NCBI RefSeq assembly: GCF_009914755.1
Contig: NC_060938.1
Source: the human T2T-CHM13v2.0 reference genome, Homo sapiens
Strand: one strand, 5' to 3'
DNA: 64,000 nucleotides
The position numbers and the translations under genes are program-made. Each line of letters starts with the position of its first letter. The first letter of the stretch is position 1. Below the pieces are notes generated by a model. That model was not told the origin of the DNA. It saw only the letters and a program-made list of their open reading frames with translations, and did no database searches. This document shows, piece by piece, positions 47,656 to 61,710 of this stretch.

Positions 47656-49651
47656 GTTGGTAATGTTTCGAGTTGTACTGTAATCCAGCCATTTCAGTTG
47701 CCATTTCCATTTCTTACACCCCATTTAACGTATCTCGGATCTCTTAGATCCTGCCCTAAGATGTTATATTTAGATCTGTGAAAATATTTTAGGGCCAGGA
47801 GATAAGATCTGCATTTCTTTCATGTTATATAGTGTTATAATTTTTTGCCTCATTGGAAAACTTTGTTCCTTTCACACCATTCCAAGTGTGTCCCTAGCAC
47901 TGTCGGCTGTCACTCTCCTGCTGTCAGGAGTGACCTGCGTTTCTGATTTACCCTCCCACTCTACCCAGCTTTTGTCATTGCCATGAGTGGCTTTTGTATC
48001 CTGTTTTTCACCTGGTTAGCCTTATCCTCTTGTACTTCATTTTGGAGTCTTATCACCAGGGCCACACCTGGAACTTGTTGTTCTAGTGTTCTAGAGCCAC
48101 TCTAGTTTGCCTGTCTCCTTTCCTCTCCCCACAGACACACATGCCAGGGGCTACTCCAGGACTGGAGCTGACGCCTTCATTTTTATTATCTCTGTCCTCA
48201 GTGCCCAGCCCCTGCCAGATGCATGTTCAATGTCTTAAAAATGACTGCAGGATAAACACAGGCAACCATGAGAGACCCGGAATCATCTCAGTCCTTCTGT
48301 TTCCCCTAAGTCTGTCTTTTGTGGGAAGCTCTGGTCCCTAGACCCCTCTCAGTCAGGACTCCACAGTCAGTCACTCTGTTCCCCGACCCTCCCCCAGCTT
48401 TCCAGCTCAGAAAGTGTGCTTTTCCTCCCTAAGGGTCAGCCTCCACCAGAGGCCAGATCCCACTGGGTTGGTGAGCCACTGGCATGTCACCCACTCCTCC
48501 AACTTCATTCTCTGCCTCCTGTCTTCTCTCTGTAGAGGTGTTCAGACATTCTCTGCCCGTGATTTTGCTCTCTCATCTCCCAGCAGTCCGTCCTGCTTCC
48601 TCCACAGGAGTATTTGAAAAGGTTGACAGCCGAGATCTGTGTGTGGGATCCACTTCATCAGCTCTTGTGCATGTTTTCTCTTCTGCCTCCTTCAGCTTTT
48701 CATTGTACCCATGGTGCACGCAGTTTGAAATAGCAAGTAGTTCTGTGAGGCTTATGAATGACTGCAGTCCTTAGCTCCTATCACATTTTTTATTCTAAGA
48801 TCCCTTTGTTTCTGCATATTCTATTAATTTTCTAAAAACATACTGATTTTGTGTACACAATACTCTTTGTTATTTCTCTGTGGTCTGAAAGGTGGTTTTG
48901 ACATTTTTCCCCTCCCTGCTTCGTCTTGTTTTCTCTAAGTGGTCTGTTTTGGCTGTCTTTTATGCTGGAGGTTCCCCTCTGATGTCTGGGGATCCTAGGT
49001 GGTCTTACATTTAAGAGTGGAGCACTCAGAAGGTCACTGGTATTCTGGGTTCATGAGTTGGGGCATGGGGCACTTTGACTTTCTGTTTGAAACTAGACCC
49101 TGTGGTGGAAAGTGATTTGTCCTGCCTGTCTGGTTTGTGGGCACCCTGATGTCACTGCCTTCAAGACTTTCCTCTCAGGCTGGTCAGCTTCTCCAAAACA
49201 AAGTTTTTCAAGTAATAGCCTGGTAGTCAGAGTTCTGCGAGCTTAAGTGGGGAAAGAAGGCTGGGGGAGGCACCTCACCATTAATTATTATGTAATGTTT
49301 ATTTAACCCTCCCCCAACCATTGTCAGTCCAGTACTTCTTTCATCATGGCTGGTGTCTCTTGGTCCAGGGACTCTGTTCTTATCCTCTGGAGAGTCTAAA
49401 GCTCCACTTTCTCCAAGGGAGAATGCATGCAGTGGGTAAAGATTTATCAGGAAATCTAATTGCCTTTAAAAATTTTTAACAGTGTACCTTCAGGTGATTT
49501 TGTCGTAGCATCTTTCTGGCAGAGACCCTAATGCTTCATCCATAGGCCTCTCCGAAGATTATCTACAGGAAAGCACATCACCAGTCGTCCCAGGTGTCTT
49601 CAGTGTAGAGGTCGGGATTGGTGTGGCAAGCATCAAAACCAAGAAAACAGT

Positions 49652-50048
<397 letters not shown>

Positions 50049-51280
50049 TTACTGCCAGTTCCTGAGCCTTTGGAGAATCTTGTGGTCTGAATTGGATTGC
50101 TTCATTATTGCCTTAGAATTCAGCTTTTACAGATCCCCTGAGTTCTTAATCATCTGTTTTCCACTTTGAAAATTTCTTTTTACACTTATTTTCTTTGTGA
50201 GTTTATGCTTTCAAAACAAAAACAAAACCCTTATTGACATTTCTGTGGGCTTTCAGGAGGGAACAAAAAGTAAATGCATGGGGTCAGCCTGTGGTCTCTA
50301 CTCAGAAGATGTTACTTACTCCCCCGTCTGTCTGGTCTCCATGTGACCTGGGCTGCTAACGTTCCGCTTGCAGAGAGGTGTGCGGGAGGGACCGGTGCAC
50401 GCTTTCCTCAACCCTGGAGCATGTTACACTTGGGTTCCCATACTTTCTCCAAGCTTTGACCTTTCGGCTTCCAGTTCACTCTGTCTTTATTCTTCTCATT
50501 CCCTTTCATTCTCATGTGTCAGCGCATCTCCTCCATTCCTCCTCAAAAGGTTAGCTTTGCTCTCTCCCACCTTCAGCATTATTTTCATCTCTTCTGTGTT
50601 CACCCAACCTATGAACTGGTAGAACTCCTTCGTCTCAGAAAGTGCAGAGTGGTGGGAAGGAGTGAAGCAGCCCCTGGGCCACTGTTGGGACCCACCTTTG
50701 ACAGTTGTGAGACCTCGGTGAATCATTTAATAACTTGGAGCTGCAAACAGTCATCTGTAACATGGGAGGAAACCGACTTTGTAGGCTTTGAGTGAGGATT
50801 CAGTGAGAGACGGCCACCCTGAATATGTTAAACACTTCTGTCACCTTCGGTTTTGACTCAGCATCTTATTTCTGTCCCCCCACCTACAGGTCAAATCTGA
50901 ATTTTCTACTTCCTCTTAAACATGGGAGAGTCCCACAAAGACTTTAAATCTAACATGGAAATGTATCTTTGCCCCTTTTAACTTTGCTCTTTTTCTTTTG
51001 CTAAGTTTCTCATCCCAGCTTTCTCTTCCGCCTGTCTCCCTTTACCATCTGTACTGCCCTTGCTGGGGAAGGCGGGCACGCCCCTTCCCAGGATGGAGCA
51101 TGTCTTCTCTTCCTGTCAGGTGTGTGAGACCAGGACAGACAGCAGAGAATCTTTTCATTCAGAGCCTCACCCTCTGTCCCGGGCAACAGCAGGTCGAGAA
51201 CTCTGGTTCTTCCTTAACACTGTTTTTCTAAAAACCAGTTTGATCAGGCCACTTCCTTCCTTAGGAACCTCTCTTGATTT

Positions 51281-51598
51281 CTTTTCTCTTTTTTTTTTTT
51301 TTGGTTTGAGATGGAGTCTCCCTCTGTCACTCGTGCTGGAGTGCAGTGGCACAATCCTGCTCATTGCAGCCTTGACCTCCTGGGCCCAAGCACTTCTCCC
51401 ACCTCAGCCTCCCAAGTAGCTGGGACTGCGGGCATGTGCTCCCACGCCTGGCTAATTTTATTTATTTATTTATTTTCTGGTTGATGGGAGGTCTCACTAT
51501 GTTGCCTAGGCCGGTCTCAAACTCCTGGGCTTATGGAATCCTTGTGCCTTGGCCTCCCAGAATGTTGGGATTACAGACATGAACCGCCACACCAGGCC
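51281..51598 (-). mobile_element. AluJ-like
   Basis: Antisense dimer; TSD cttgatttctt. Confidence 0.85.
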
Positions 51599-52770
51599 AC
51601 TTGATTTCTTACTAATTATAGACCAGAATCGAGAGTCACTGAGACATAGAAGAACCTTTATTATATGTGTCAGCCTTCCTTGGTATGTACTGCTGAGCCC
51701 ACCACACACACCCTTCCAGCCATTCCACATTCTAACCTTTCTCAGATGCCTTCGGCCTTGTGAAAGCCCCTTTCCTTCTACGTGCGTTTTCCTCTGCCTG
51801 AAGTGCTGTGTTCGTTTCTCCGAGTCTCTCTCCTTGTTTATTCCTGCTTGTTCCTTTACTGCTGACTTCAGATGTTCCTCCTTGCTAAGCTTTTCGTTGG
51901 TTCTTGGCTGGAGTGGGCTGTTCTGTATTCTCAGCACCTTGTTCACATCCCTTTTGGGTCATGCTATTCTGAAATTGTATATGTGTCTGTTTTTCTTTTT
52001 TTCTTTGTGTATCTAGCTCAGTTCTCTTAGTTGTTCAGTAAATACTCAGTGAATGAACATAAATGAATACCCTGTAAATTTTGGTCTCTAAGCTTTAAAA
52101 GAAGTGTATTAACTTCAGTCCGTTGATGGCGTATTGATAGGTCAGCCATTCTGGGTTGTAGGTCTTGGCATATTTTATAAAATAGTAGATGATGTGAGCT
52201 TATGGTTATTTGCATTAAAGGCCAGTGTTTTTCTTGATACATATGTTTAAGTGTCCATTCACCTTTCAGTTACCTTTTAAAGTAGTCCTCGGTTTATAAC
52301 CAACTGGAAATTATACCACTTGAATTCTTTTTATCAGGACATGATTCTAAGTGGTACTGTGCGAAGTGAACAAACCAGATTTTGGAAAAGTGGTTCAGCA
52401 GTCTGTGTATTCTAATTATAGGGAGCATTAGGACTCAAATTCTCCAGGTTTTTAGAAAAGATTTTTGTACTTTAAGGGTATATTGTTAATATCTGTTGAG
52501 ATGCCTCACCTGAGAACCTTTCTCTGCTGTGGTTAGGGAGTGTTAATCAGAATCACTTGTGCCGTGCCCTACGTGAGAAGGACTCCTTGAGTTCTTTGAA
52601 AACATGTTTGGAATAGAATTATAGCCCTGTTTTCCTGAGTGGAACCAGTTGTGATTTTCCTTTGAAATAATTTGAATATATAAAAGATTGACATTCTTCT
52701 CACATATATAATGTTGGGAATGTAAGGTATATTCAAAAGTAAACATTTGTGGCCAATTTTTTTGGCTCAG

Positions 52771-52930
52771 ATTACTATGACATGGAATCCATGGTCCATG
52801 CAGACACAAGATCATTTATTCTGAAGAAGCCAAAGCTGTCTGAGGAAGTAGTAGTGGCACCAAACCAAGAGTCGGGGATGAAGACTGCAGATTCCCTTCG
52901 GGTACTTTCAGGACACCTTATGCAGACACG
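52771..52930 (+). CDS. ZC3H14: ZC3H14 exon 11 (cassette with exon 12)
   Basis: ttttttggctcag| DYYDMESMVHADTRSFILKKPKL..MQT CG|gtagat; 160 nt. Confidence 0.93.
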
Positions 52931-53674
52931 GTAGATGGTTTCTTTTTCTTGTGTAGTTAATTTGTGTGATTAGATAGTAAAGGTTAACCATTCGTTTGCA
53001 GCTTCCCTCCTCCCCGCCCTAACCGCTAGCGTAGAGTGCTTTCATTGATTCAGTAGCTAGCCCATGAATAGTTAGCCAAATTCAGTTTTCAAGAATTCCA
53101 GTTCATCTTTCTTGTTCAGAAATCCATTAACCTACAAATTACAACTCAGTGTATGATTTAACTCTATTAAAGATTCTTTTCTTTATGCAAATTCAGGAAA
53201 TGCAAGTTTAAAAGCCAGCTGACCATAATCAGGTCAGCTCTAAAGAGAGTTGGCAGATCAGGTTTGGGTGATTTTTCCCTTAGAAAATTGACTGTTTCTA
53301 TAAAAGAAGAAACATACAGATAATTAGCATAAATGCTGCTGGCCCTTGTGTTCTGAGCATTGATGCTAATTTTTTGGTTTGTTTCCATGTTGACCCTATG
53401 AAGATCGAATGGGTGATGGGGTCAGGCTTGAGGGGAGATTGTCCTTAGTAAGTACAGGCTGGAGGGTCACTGGTGATGCCACTGTGACTGTTCATGGCCA
53501 TCGTGTGTTAGCAGAGAACCCACCAGTGCTGCACCTGGAAGCCCTACCTAGTCTTTTTTTATTGAACCAAACGCAAAGCCAAGGGAGTGATAGTTCTGCT
53601 GAAGAGCACTTTAGGGGGCTCAGCGTTTTGTGTTTGTTTCCCTAATTCTATGGTATTTTTTATCTGTCTGGCAG

Positions 53675-53907
53675 AGATCTTGTACAACCAGATAAACCTG
53701 CAAGTCCCAAGTTTATAGTGACGCTGGATGGTGTCCCCAGCCCCCCAGGATACATGTCAGATCAAGAGGAGGACATGTGCTTTGAAGGAATGAAACCCGT
53801 AAACCAAACTGCAGCCTCAAACAAGGGACTCAGAGGTCTCCTCCACCCACAGCAGTTGCACTTGCTGAGCAGGCAGCTTGAGGACCCAAATGGTAGCTTT
53901 TCTAACG
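53675..53907 (+). CDS. ZC3H14: ZC3H14 exon 12
   Basis: tctgtctggcag| DLVQPDKPASPKFIVTLDGVPSPPGY..GSFSN G|gtgtgt; 233 nt (exons 11+12 = 393 nt, frame preserving). Confidence 0.92.
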
Positions 53908-55439
53908 GTGTGTTGAGAGCTCAGATTTTCAGGGTGCTGTCATTGTGAAGGGAATCTTTGACTTGTTTCTCTACCTTGAATGAATATTGGTTAAAGGCCT
54001 TGCTTTTATTTATATTCAGTAATGGCCTTTTTTCTTCTTTCAGACAAACCCACCAAGTACATTTCAGACTCTTTTTCCTGTGTCTTTTTCATAGGTGGGC
54101 TGTTACTCCAGTTTGAAAACGGAGTTCAGCCATGGAACCTGAGAGACCTCTTCCGCTTATGCTGGCTAAAGGATGAACCACCATTCTTGTTGCCTTCTTT
54201 ACCTTTGTATTTTCTTCAGAAACTGTACTGCCACTTTGCCCTTTTATCAGCAATAGTCTCTTGCAATTAACTTGAGAGAAAAATTTAGATTTGATGCTAT
54301 TTCTACCTCAGTGAAATTTCTTTGAAAGGAGTTTCTCACCTAATCTATCAAGATCTTGGAACTGTTTAAATTAATGTTGAAGAGTAATATTTAGCAGAAC
54401 TCAGATGAACTCATTTCAGATAGCACCATAGTTTTTGGCAGGTGACAGTTTCTTATCACCGTTTCTTTCACTGGGTATCAGTGGTAGCTGCAACGCCACT
54501 GATCATTTCCATTCATGATAGAGAATGGTAATTATGTTCCTTATATCTTCTAAAATATTTAGAAGCACCTCTTCATTGGCAGGAGGGATAATTACTCAAT
54601 CTTAAAAGCGTACAGATTCAAAGGAAAAACAGTAATGGATTTTGAAACATTTCCTTGAGTAATCCTCTTCTTGGAAGAGATATGAAAATGTATTGAATAC
54701 CTTTCTCGATCATTAAAAATAGAATAGACTTCAGAGGGAAATCATATGTTAGTGGAGCAATAACACTTAGCTTTATTTTAATTGGTTGCGTTTCCTACTG
54801 TGAATCAATGACGTAGTGTCGTGGTTTTGATTAGTGGAGGGAGTTGAAAATCTGACCCTATCAACAGGAAGAAAAACTTAAAAAATAGTAAAAGCTGCAG
54901 TAGGCAGTCCCGATTTATTGACTCTGTATGTTTTGTCTAAAGAGAAGACTCCAGTGTTTTCACTACTCTTGATTTTCAATTTGGTACCTTAATTTTTTGG
55001 TCTATTAGGATCTGGTTTCATTTAAATGTAGGTGTCCATATGAGGCTTTATGGGGTATACATGTAGCAGCAGTGACACCATAAATAATATGTTAGTAAAA
55101 ATTCTTGCCAGTGCTGTGGCCATTGTGCTGACAGCCATGATGAGTGGTGAGCCTCCTTTCCCATTGCTTTGACTGGGGACTCAGTGTTTCCCTGCTGCTC
55201 AAGGATGAAGCTTTGTAAGATTAGCATAGGGGTGTGGCTGGAGAGACTCCTGCAGAACAGTTCTCAGGAGTCTCTAGTCTCTGCACCACTTCCCCTGTGA
55301 GCAGGGAGTTTGAAACTGCAATTGCTTCTGGTTGGTTTTATGTTGGGTTGTTTCAAGGATGCTACCAACAACAACATCTGTTTTAACCTGCTGTCTTTTC
55401 ACTCACTGTCATATGGCAGCACAGATTTTATAGCTTGCT

Positions 55440-55760
<321 letters not shown>

Positions 55761-56105
55761 TGAATTTGCCTCTTAAAATTTGAACAGAAAGTTTTAATAG
55801 TTTACAAAGTCGGTGTCAGCCAGTGAAGACTAGGGGCATGACCTTCGTATGACTTAATGTTTTTAAAAGAAAGATAAAGTTTCTTTGTAAGGTATTATTG
55901 TAATAATCACATTTCTTTGTAAAGTATTATATTGTTCCTGAGTATCTAGCTACTTTGCTTTCCAGCTAGGCTTCTCTTGGGTATTCTCTTAATCTTTTAT
56001 TTGTACTGGGTTCTTGTGTATATATTATAGTCTGCTGTGTGTAATTTATTATAGGAAAAGGGTAAGACACATTTACTTTGCGGGGATGACACAAAAAACC
56101 TGTAA

Positions 56106-56478
<373 letters not shown>

Positions 56479-56699
56479 ATTTAAAGCTTAAATAGGACTT
56501 TTACTATTTTTAAAGTAGCATAGAAAACTGTTTGTATCAGGCATAGTCATAATTGCTCTTTGATGCTGCTCCTATCTGGGCTGCATGACTACATTTGTGT
56601 GCCTTGTTCTCCTGTAGTGAGGACAGAATGTGGGTCACTGGAACAGTAAGTACTCATAGAACTAGCTGCTGCTGCTATTACGACTGGTTGCCTGTTTTG

Positions 56700-56860
56700 C
56701 ATTTTTTCCGTTTAATCATCAGACTCTAAGGAAGACATTATTTTCTCTTTGTATAGATGAGGAAACAGAATTCCAAAAAGTTAGCTAACATTTGCACAGA
56801 GTGTCTGGCTGAGCAACTAAGTGGCAGAGTCAGATTTTAACTGACCTCTGGCAAGAGGAC
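56700..56860. mobile_element. MIR fragment
   Basis: tagatgaggaaacagaa..aagtggcagagtcagatttt. Confidence 0.6.
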
Positions 56861-57253
56861 TAGAGGAATACAGTTGAAGTGATACTTGCTTTCATGAACA
56901 TGAATGTGAACCATAATACATAATACCCATGATGCTATTTTGTGGGGAGTTTAAGGTGTCTCAGTCCAGAAATTAGCAGCTGATTATTGCCTGTAGCTGT
57001 AATTTTACTTATTCAGTGTTATTTAATAAATTGCCAGCATTACAATTTCGATGAAGGCAGATTTTTGGCTTACTGAAACAGGATAAAAATCTGGCAACAG
57101 GGGTCCCACTTTGCCCTGTCATAGTAATCGAAGCTGTGATTGGATGTGGCACAGGGAGTGGAGTGGATGGGTGTGCACTTGCTTTCCAGGCTGCTGCTCC
57201 CCGTCTGTCCCTTATTGCATTTATCATCTTCAGCCCAGTCAGTCTTGCTGTTA

Positions 57254-57619
<366 letters not shown>

Positions 57620-58091
57620 GTAAAAGACATTGCTGAGTTTCGCACCTGGACTTACAGCTCAGCAGGTGGGAATCCTTTTGTATTTGGGCCACTCATCATC
57701 TTGCTGGCGTGTGAGGATTCACATCTCCTTATCACCTTACCTGTTTTCAGTTTTTATTTAATTTTATTAGTTCCCCACTTGACGTCCTTCTCTATTTTTA
57801 ATTCAGCTATGAATTAGTATTGAGAATTAGAATTTTTGGTGAAAAATTTGGCCGTAGTTGCAGAGTCACTGTCCTCTTTCCTTTTCACAGTGAGAACTGT
57901 TGTCTTCTTCCTGGCAACCTTTTATAGGATTCTATGGCCAGTGTTAATCCCATAATTTGAGCTCACTTATTTTATATGACTGTACATTTAACAGAAGATT
58001 CTAAGACAGGTTTGAGGGAAATATGTTAAAGGTGCTGTGTACTGAATTGATCATAATGAATGAAATACTTTTATTTCCTTTCCCTTTGTAG

Positions 58092-58212
58092 CTGAGATGA
58101 GTGAACTGAGTGTGGCACAGAAACCAGAAAAACTTTTGGAGCGCTGCAAGTACTGGCCTGCTTGTAAAAATGGGGATGAGTGTGCCTACCATCACCCCAT
58201 CTCACCCTGCAA
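58092..58212 (+). CDS. ZC3H14: ZC3H14 exon 13 (CCCH finger 1: CKYWPACKNGDECAYHH)
   Basis: ttccctttgtag| ... TGC AA|gtgagt; 121 nt. Confidence 0.96.
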
Positions 58213-59242
58213 GTGAGTACCATCCCCCCATCTCACCCTGCAAGTGAGTACCATCCCCCCATCTCACCCTGCAAGTACCATCCCCCATCTCACCTGGCAA
58301 GTACCATCCCATCTCACCCAGCAAGTACCATCCCCCACATCTCAACCCTCAAGTGAGTACCATCCCATCTCACCCTGCAAGTACCATCCCATTTCACCCT
58401 GCAAGTACCATCCCCCATCTCACCCTGCAAGTACCATCTCCCCATCTCACCCTGTAACTACCATCCCATCTCACCCTGCAAGTGAGTACCATCCCTGCAT
58501 TTCACCCTGCAAGTACCATCTCATCTCACCCTGCAAGTACCACCCCCTTATCTCACCCTGCAAGTATCATCCCCCATCTAGCCCTGTAAGTGCGAGTACC
58601 ATCCCCCATCTTACCCTGCAAGTACCATCACCCACTTCACCCTGCAAGTACCATCCCCCACCTCAGCCTGCAAGTACCATCCCCCACCTCAGCCTGCAAG
58701 TACCATCCCCTATCTCACCCTGCAAGTACCATCCCCATCTCACCCTGCAAGTATCATCCCCCACCTCACCCTGCAAGTACCATCCCCCATCTCACCCTGC
58801 AATTGAGTACCATCCCCCATCTCACCCTGCAAGTACCATCCCCCATCTCACCCTGCAAGTGAGTACCATCCCCCATCTCACCTTGCAAGTACCATCCCCC
58901 ATCTCACCTTGCAAGTACCATCCCCCATCTCACCCTGCAAGTACCATCCCCCATCTCACCCTGCAAGTATCATCTCACCCTGCAAGTGAGTACCATCCCC
59001 CCATCTCATCCTGCAAGTACCATCCCCCATCTCACCCTGCAAGTACCATCCCCCATCTCACCCTGCAAGTACCATCCCCCATCTTACCCTGCAAGTGAAT
59101 ACCATCCCCATCTCACCCTGCAAGTGAATACCATCCCCATCTCACCCTGCAAGTGAATACCATCCCCCATCTCACCCTGCAAGTGAATACCATCCCCATC
59201 TCATCCTGCAAGTGAATACCATCCCCATCTCACCCTGCAAGT
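58187..59242 (+). repeat. Minisatellite, ~39 units of ~23-32 bp, consensus TACCATCCCCCATCTCACCCTGCAAG(TGAG)
   Basis: Direct head-to-tail units counted by eye; first unit is the last 26 nt of exon 13 plus its donor. Confidence 0.97.
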
Positions 59243-60141
59243 CATAGCCAGCTGATTTTGGCTTTCAGTTTAGTGTCTGTATCTTACACCTTATTTTGTT
59301 TTTGTTTTTCTGTGGACAAGTTTTTAGTTTTATAACTAAATGGAGTGACAATTACCATGGCCCTCTCCAGAGTAGCGTATTTCTTGTTCATGTATGTTTG
59401 TTGAGAGGCAAGGGTGGGGGGGCTTTGTTTGTGCCTCGGACCTGTGAGATACTGAAATACCTGGGGTTCCTTAAGAATTCTGTACGTTTAAGCAGATGGG
59501 TATATGGTAACTGCCCCAGTTTGTATGCATTTTGGCCACACGCAGTATACACAGATTTTGAGGAGTTGAGGGAAAAGTTAGTTATGGGTAATGAAAACAT
59601 TTTGGACTTGGGTTAAATTTTTCCTTACAAGCTGGCTGGCTCAATGTAATGAGCTTTATGAGATGGCTTTTTGGGGCTTCTTTTTTTTGCCGGGGGTAGG
59701 TCCTATGGATGGAATCTTCATTTTTAATTCTTTTAAGGAAATGATGTGGGAATAATACAGCTGTACATATAAGGAGAGTATGGGATGAGTCTTTTTGTAT
59801 CACAAAGCCTTGCATAGAGGATGTGTTTATTGTATTAATGAGTTCACTGCATAAAATATATACCTTTTTTATTAAGTGGTGTGATTTTTATCACAAAAGC
59901 TTGTCTTTCTTGGTGGCTTGGCTTGAGTTAAAAGCCTGTGTTTGTGTTATCCCAAGCTTTGGAATAAATGATTGTGTCCTATTTTGATATATGGTCTTAT
60001 TTTAAAATATTCTTTTTGTTGCTGTTTTTTTTGCATTTCTCAAAACAAGTAGTGATGGGGAGTGTAAAGAGCCCTTATACACAGAACTAATAATGCATTG
60101 AGAAGATTGAATATGAAATATGCTTTTTTTTTGTTTTGTAG

Positions 60142-60278
60142 AGCCTTCCCCAATTGTAAATTTGCTGAAAAATGTTTGTTTGTTCACCCAAATTGTAAAT
60201 ATGATGCAAAGTGTACTAAACCAGATTGTCCCTTCACTCATGTGAGTAGAAGAATTCCAGTACTGTCTCCAAAACCAG
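60142..60278 (+). CDS. ZC3H14: ZC3H14 exon 14 (CCCH fingers 2-3)
   Basis: ttttgtag| AFPNCKFAEKCLFVHPNCKYDAKCTKPDCPFTH..PKP G|gtgagt; 137 nt. Confidence 0.96.
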
Positions 60279-60586
60279 GTGAGTGAGTGACTGTGCTACT
60301 ACATTTGGGTAAAAAATATAAAATGGCATTTTGTGACTGTAAATGGAATTGAACAAACAAAAGATGGTTTCAGAAATAATTTTGGCAGGATCAGTTAATC
60401 CAACCAGTCTTTAAAGAGCAAGTGTGCCTATCTGTAGTATTCCGAAGTATTTTGACTAGTGAATATATAAACCTTACCATTCTAATTTAAAAATGGTTTT
60501 CACTTTCAAAAAAAACATCAGTAGACTGCATTAAAAATGGGTTTTCCAAACAGATTGGAGATCAGTCCTGGTTTTTATTTTGTTAG

Positions 60587-60678
60587 CAGTTGCACCACCA
60601 GCACCACCTTCCAGTAGTCAGCTCTGCCGTTACTTCCCTGCTTGTAAGAAGATGGAATGTCCCTTCTATCATCCAAAA
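60587..60678 (+). CDS. ZC3H14: ZC3H14 exon 15 (CCCH finger 4)
   Basis: NAGNAG acceptor tag|cag|; CRYFPACKKMECPFYHPK|gtaaga; 92 nt. Confidence 0.95.
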
Positions 60679-60761
60679 GTAAGAACTTCTATTTTCTCAA
60701 ATCAATTTAGTGACAACATCTCAATTTCCTCATTTAACTTCTTTTTTGTCAGAGTTACTAC

Positions 60762-60797
60762 ATTGGTGCAAAAGTAATTGCGATTTTTGCCAGTAAA
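60762..60797. mobile_element. MADE1-like mariner MITE half
   Basis: ttggtgcaaaagtaattgcgatttttgcca matches the Hsmar1/MADE1 TIR. Confidence 0.7.
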
Positions 60798-61395
60798 ACT
60801 ATTAAGTTGTTCCTCGTCACTGAACCTCCATCTGGCCCCTTAGGCCAAGTGGTCTGAAACTGTTCAATGTTAGTATCCCAAGCACTCAGTGGGGGGAAGC
60901 ATATCTTTGCTAGTCACATTTTCCATTATTCCCTGCATTTAAGTATATGGATGGGTTTTAGCGGGGGCTGGGGGGCAGTTTGAACCTAATGTCAGAACTG
61001 AGATGAAGAAATCCAGTAGGTACTGCTTAAAACCATCCAAACTTGTACTGATGATGGTTGATGAATCTCCAGATGTTTAGTTGGTCAAAATGAATTATCT
61101 CCTTCTTGCCCCGGTAGCTTGAGGACCATATGAAGGCCTTCACTTGCCCCCATCTGTAACTGGGCGTAGATGAGGGTACTCAGTGAAGAGTGTAAGGGAT
61201 AATTAGAAGTTTTTGTGGTATGCTAAACTACCTTTTGAAATTGTACTTGCTGTGATTCTTTGACTAGAATTTTGTGTCTCAAGGTTAAGTCCATTTTTCA
61301 AGGCTTCACTAGTATTAAAATGGTCCTTATAGATGGAATCTCTTACTCTGTTAATGGTTAGGGTGGGCTGGTTATTGTCTCCTAAGTTGTATGTT

Positions 61396-61652
61396 GGCCA
61401 GGTGAGGTGGGTCAGGCCTGCTATCCTAGTACTTTGGGAGGTAGAGGCAGAAGTGGAAGGATCGTTTGAGCCCGGGAGTTTGAAACCAGCCTAGGCAACA
61501 TTTAAGAGACCCCATCTCTTAAAAAAAAAAAAAAAACAGGCTTGGTAGCACACGCCTGTAGTCCCAGCTACTCGGGAGACTGAGGCAAGAGGTCATGCCA
61601 CTTCACTCCAGCCTGGGTGACAGAGTGAGACCCTGTCTCAAATAATAAAATA
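61396..61652 (+). mobile_element. AluJ-like
   Basis: Diverged dimer with internal deletion. Confidence 0.82.
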
Positions 61653-61710
61653 ATGTGTTTACTTATATTAGCCTTGTGGATATTGTTGAAGCTCTGTTAT
61701 CTCTATTCAG

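Noticed and set aside
58244-59098. 284-aa ORF with P/H/C-rich repeats (SPCKYHP) resembling extra zinc fingers
   Set aside because: Starts at GTG, drifts between the three unit frames, and is cut off from exon 13 by an in-frame TGA; a by-product of the minisatellite.
58187-59242. CRISPR-like array
   Set aside because: Units are contiguous with no unique spacers, and the context is a eukaryotic intron.
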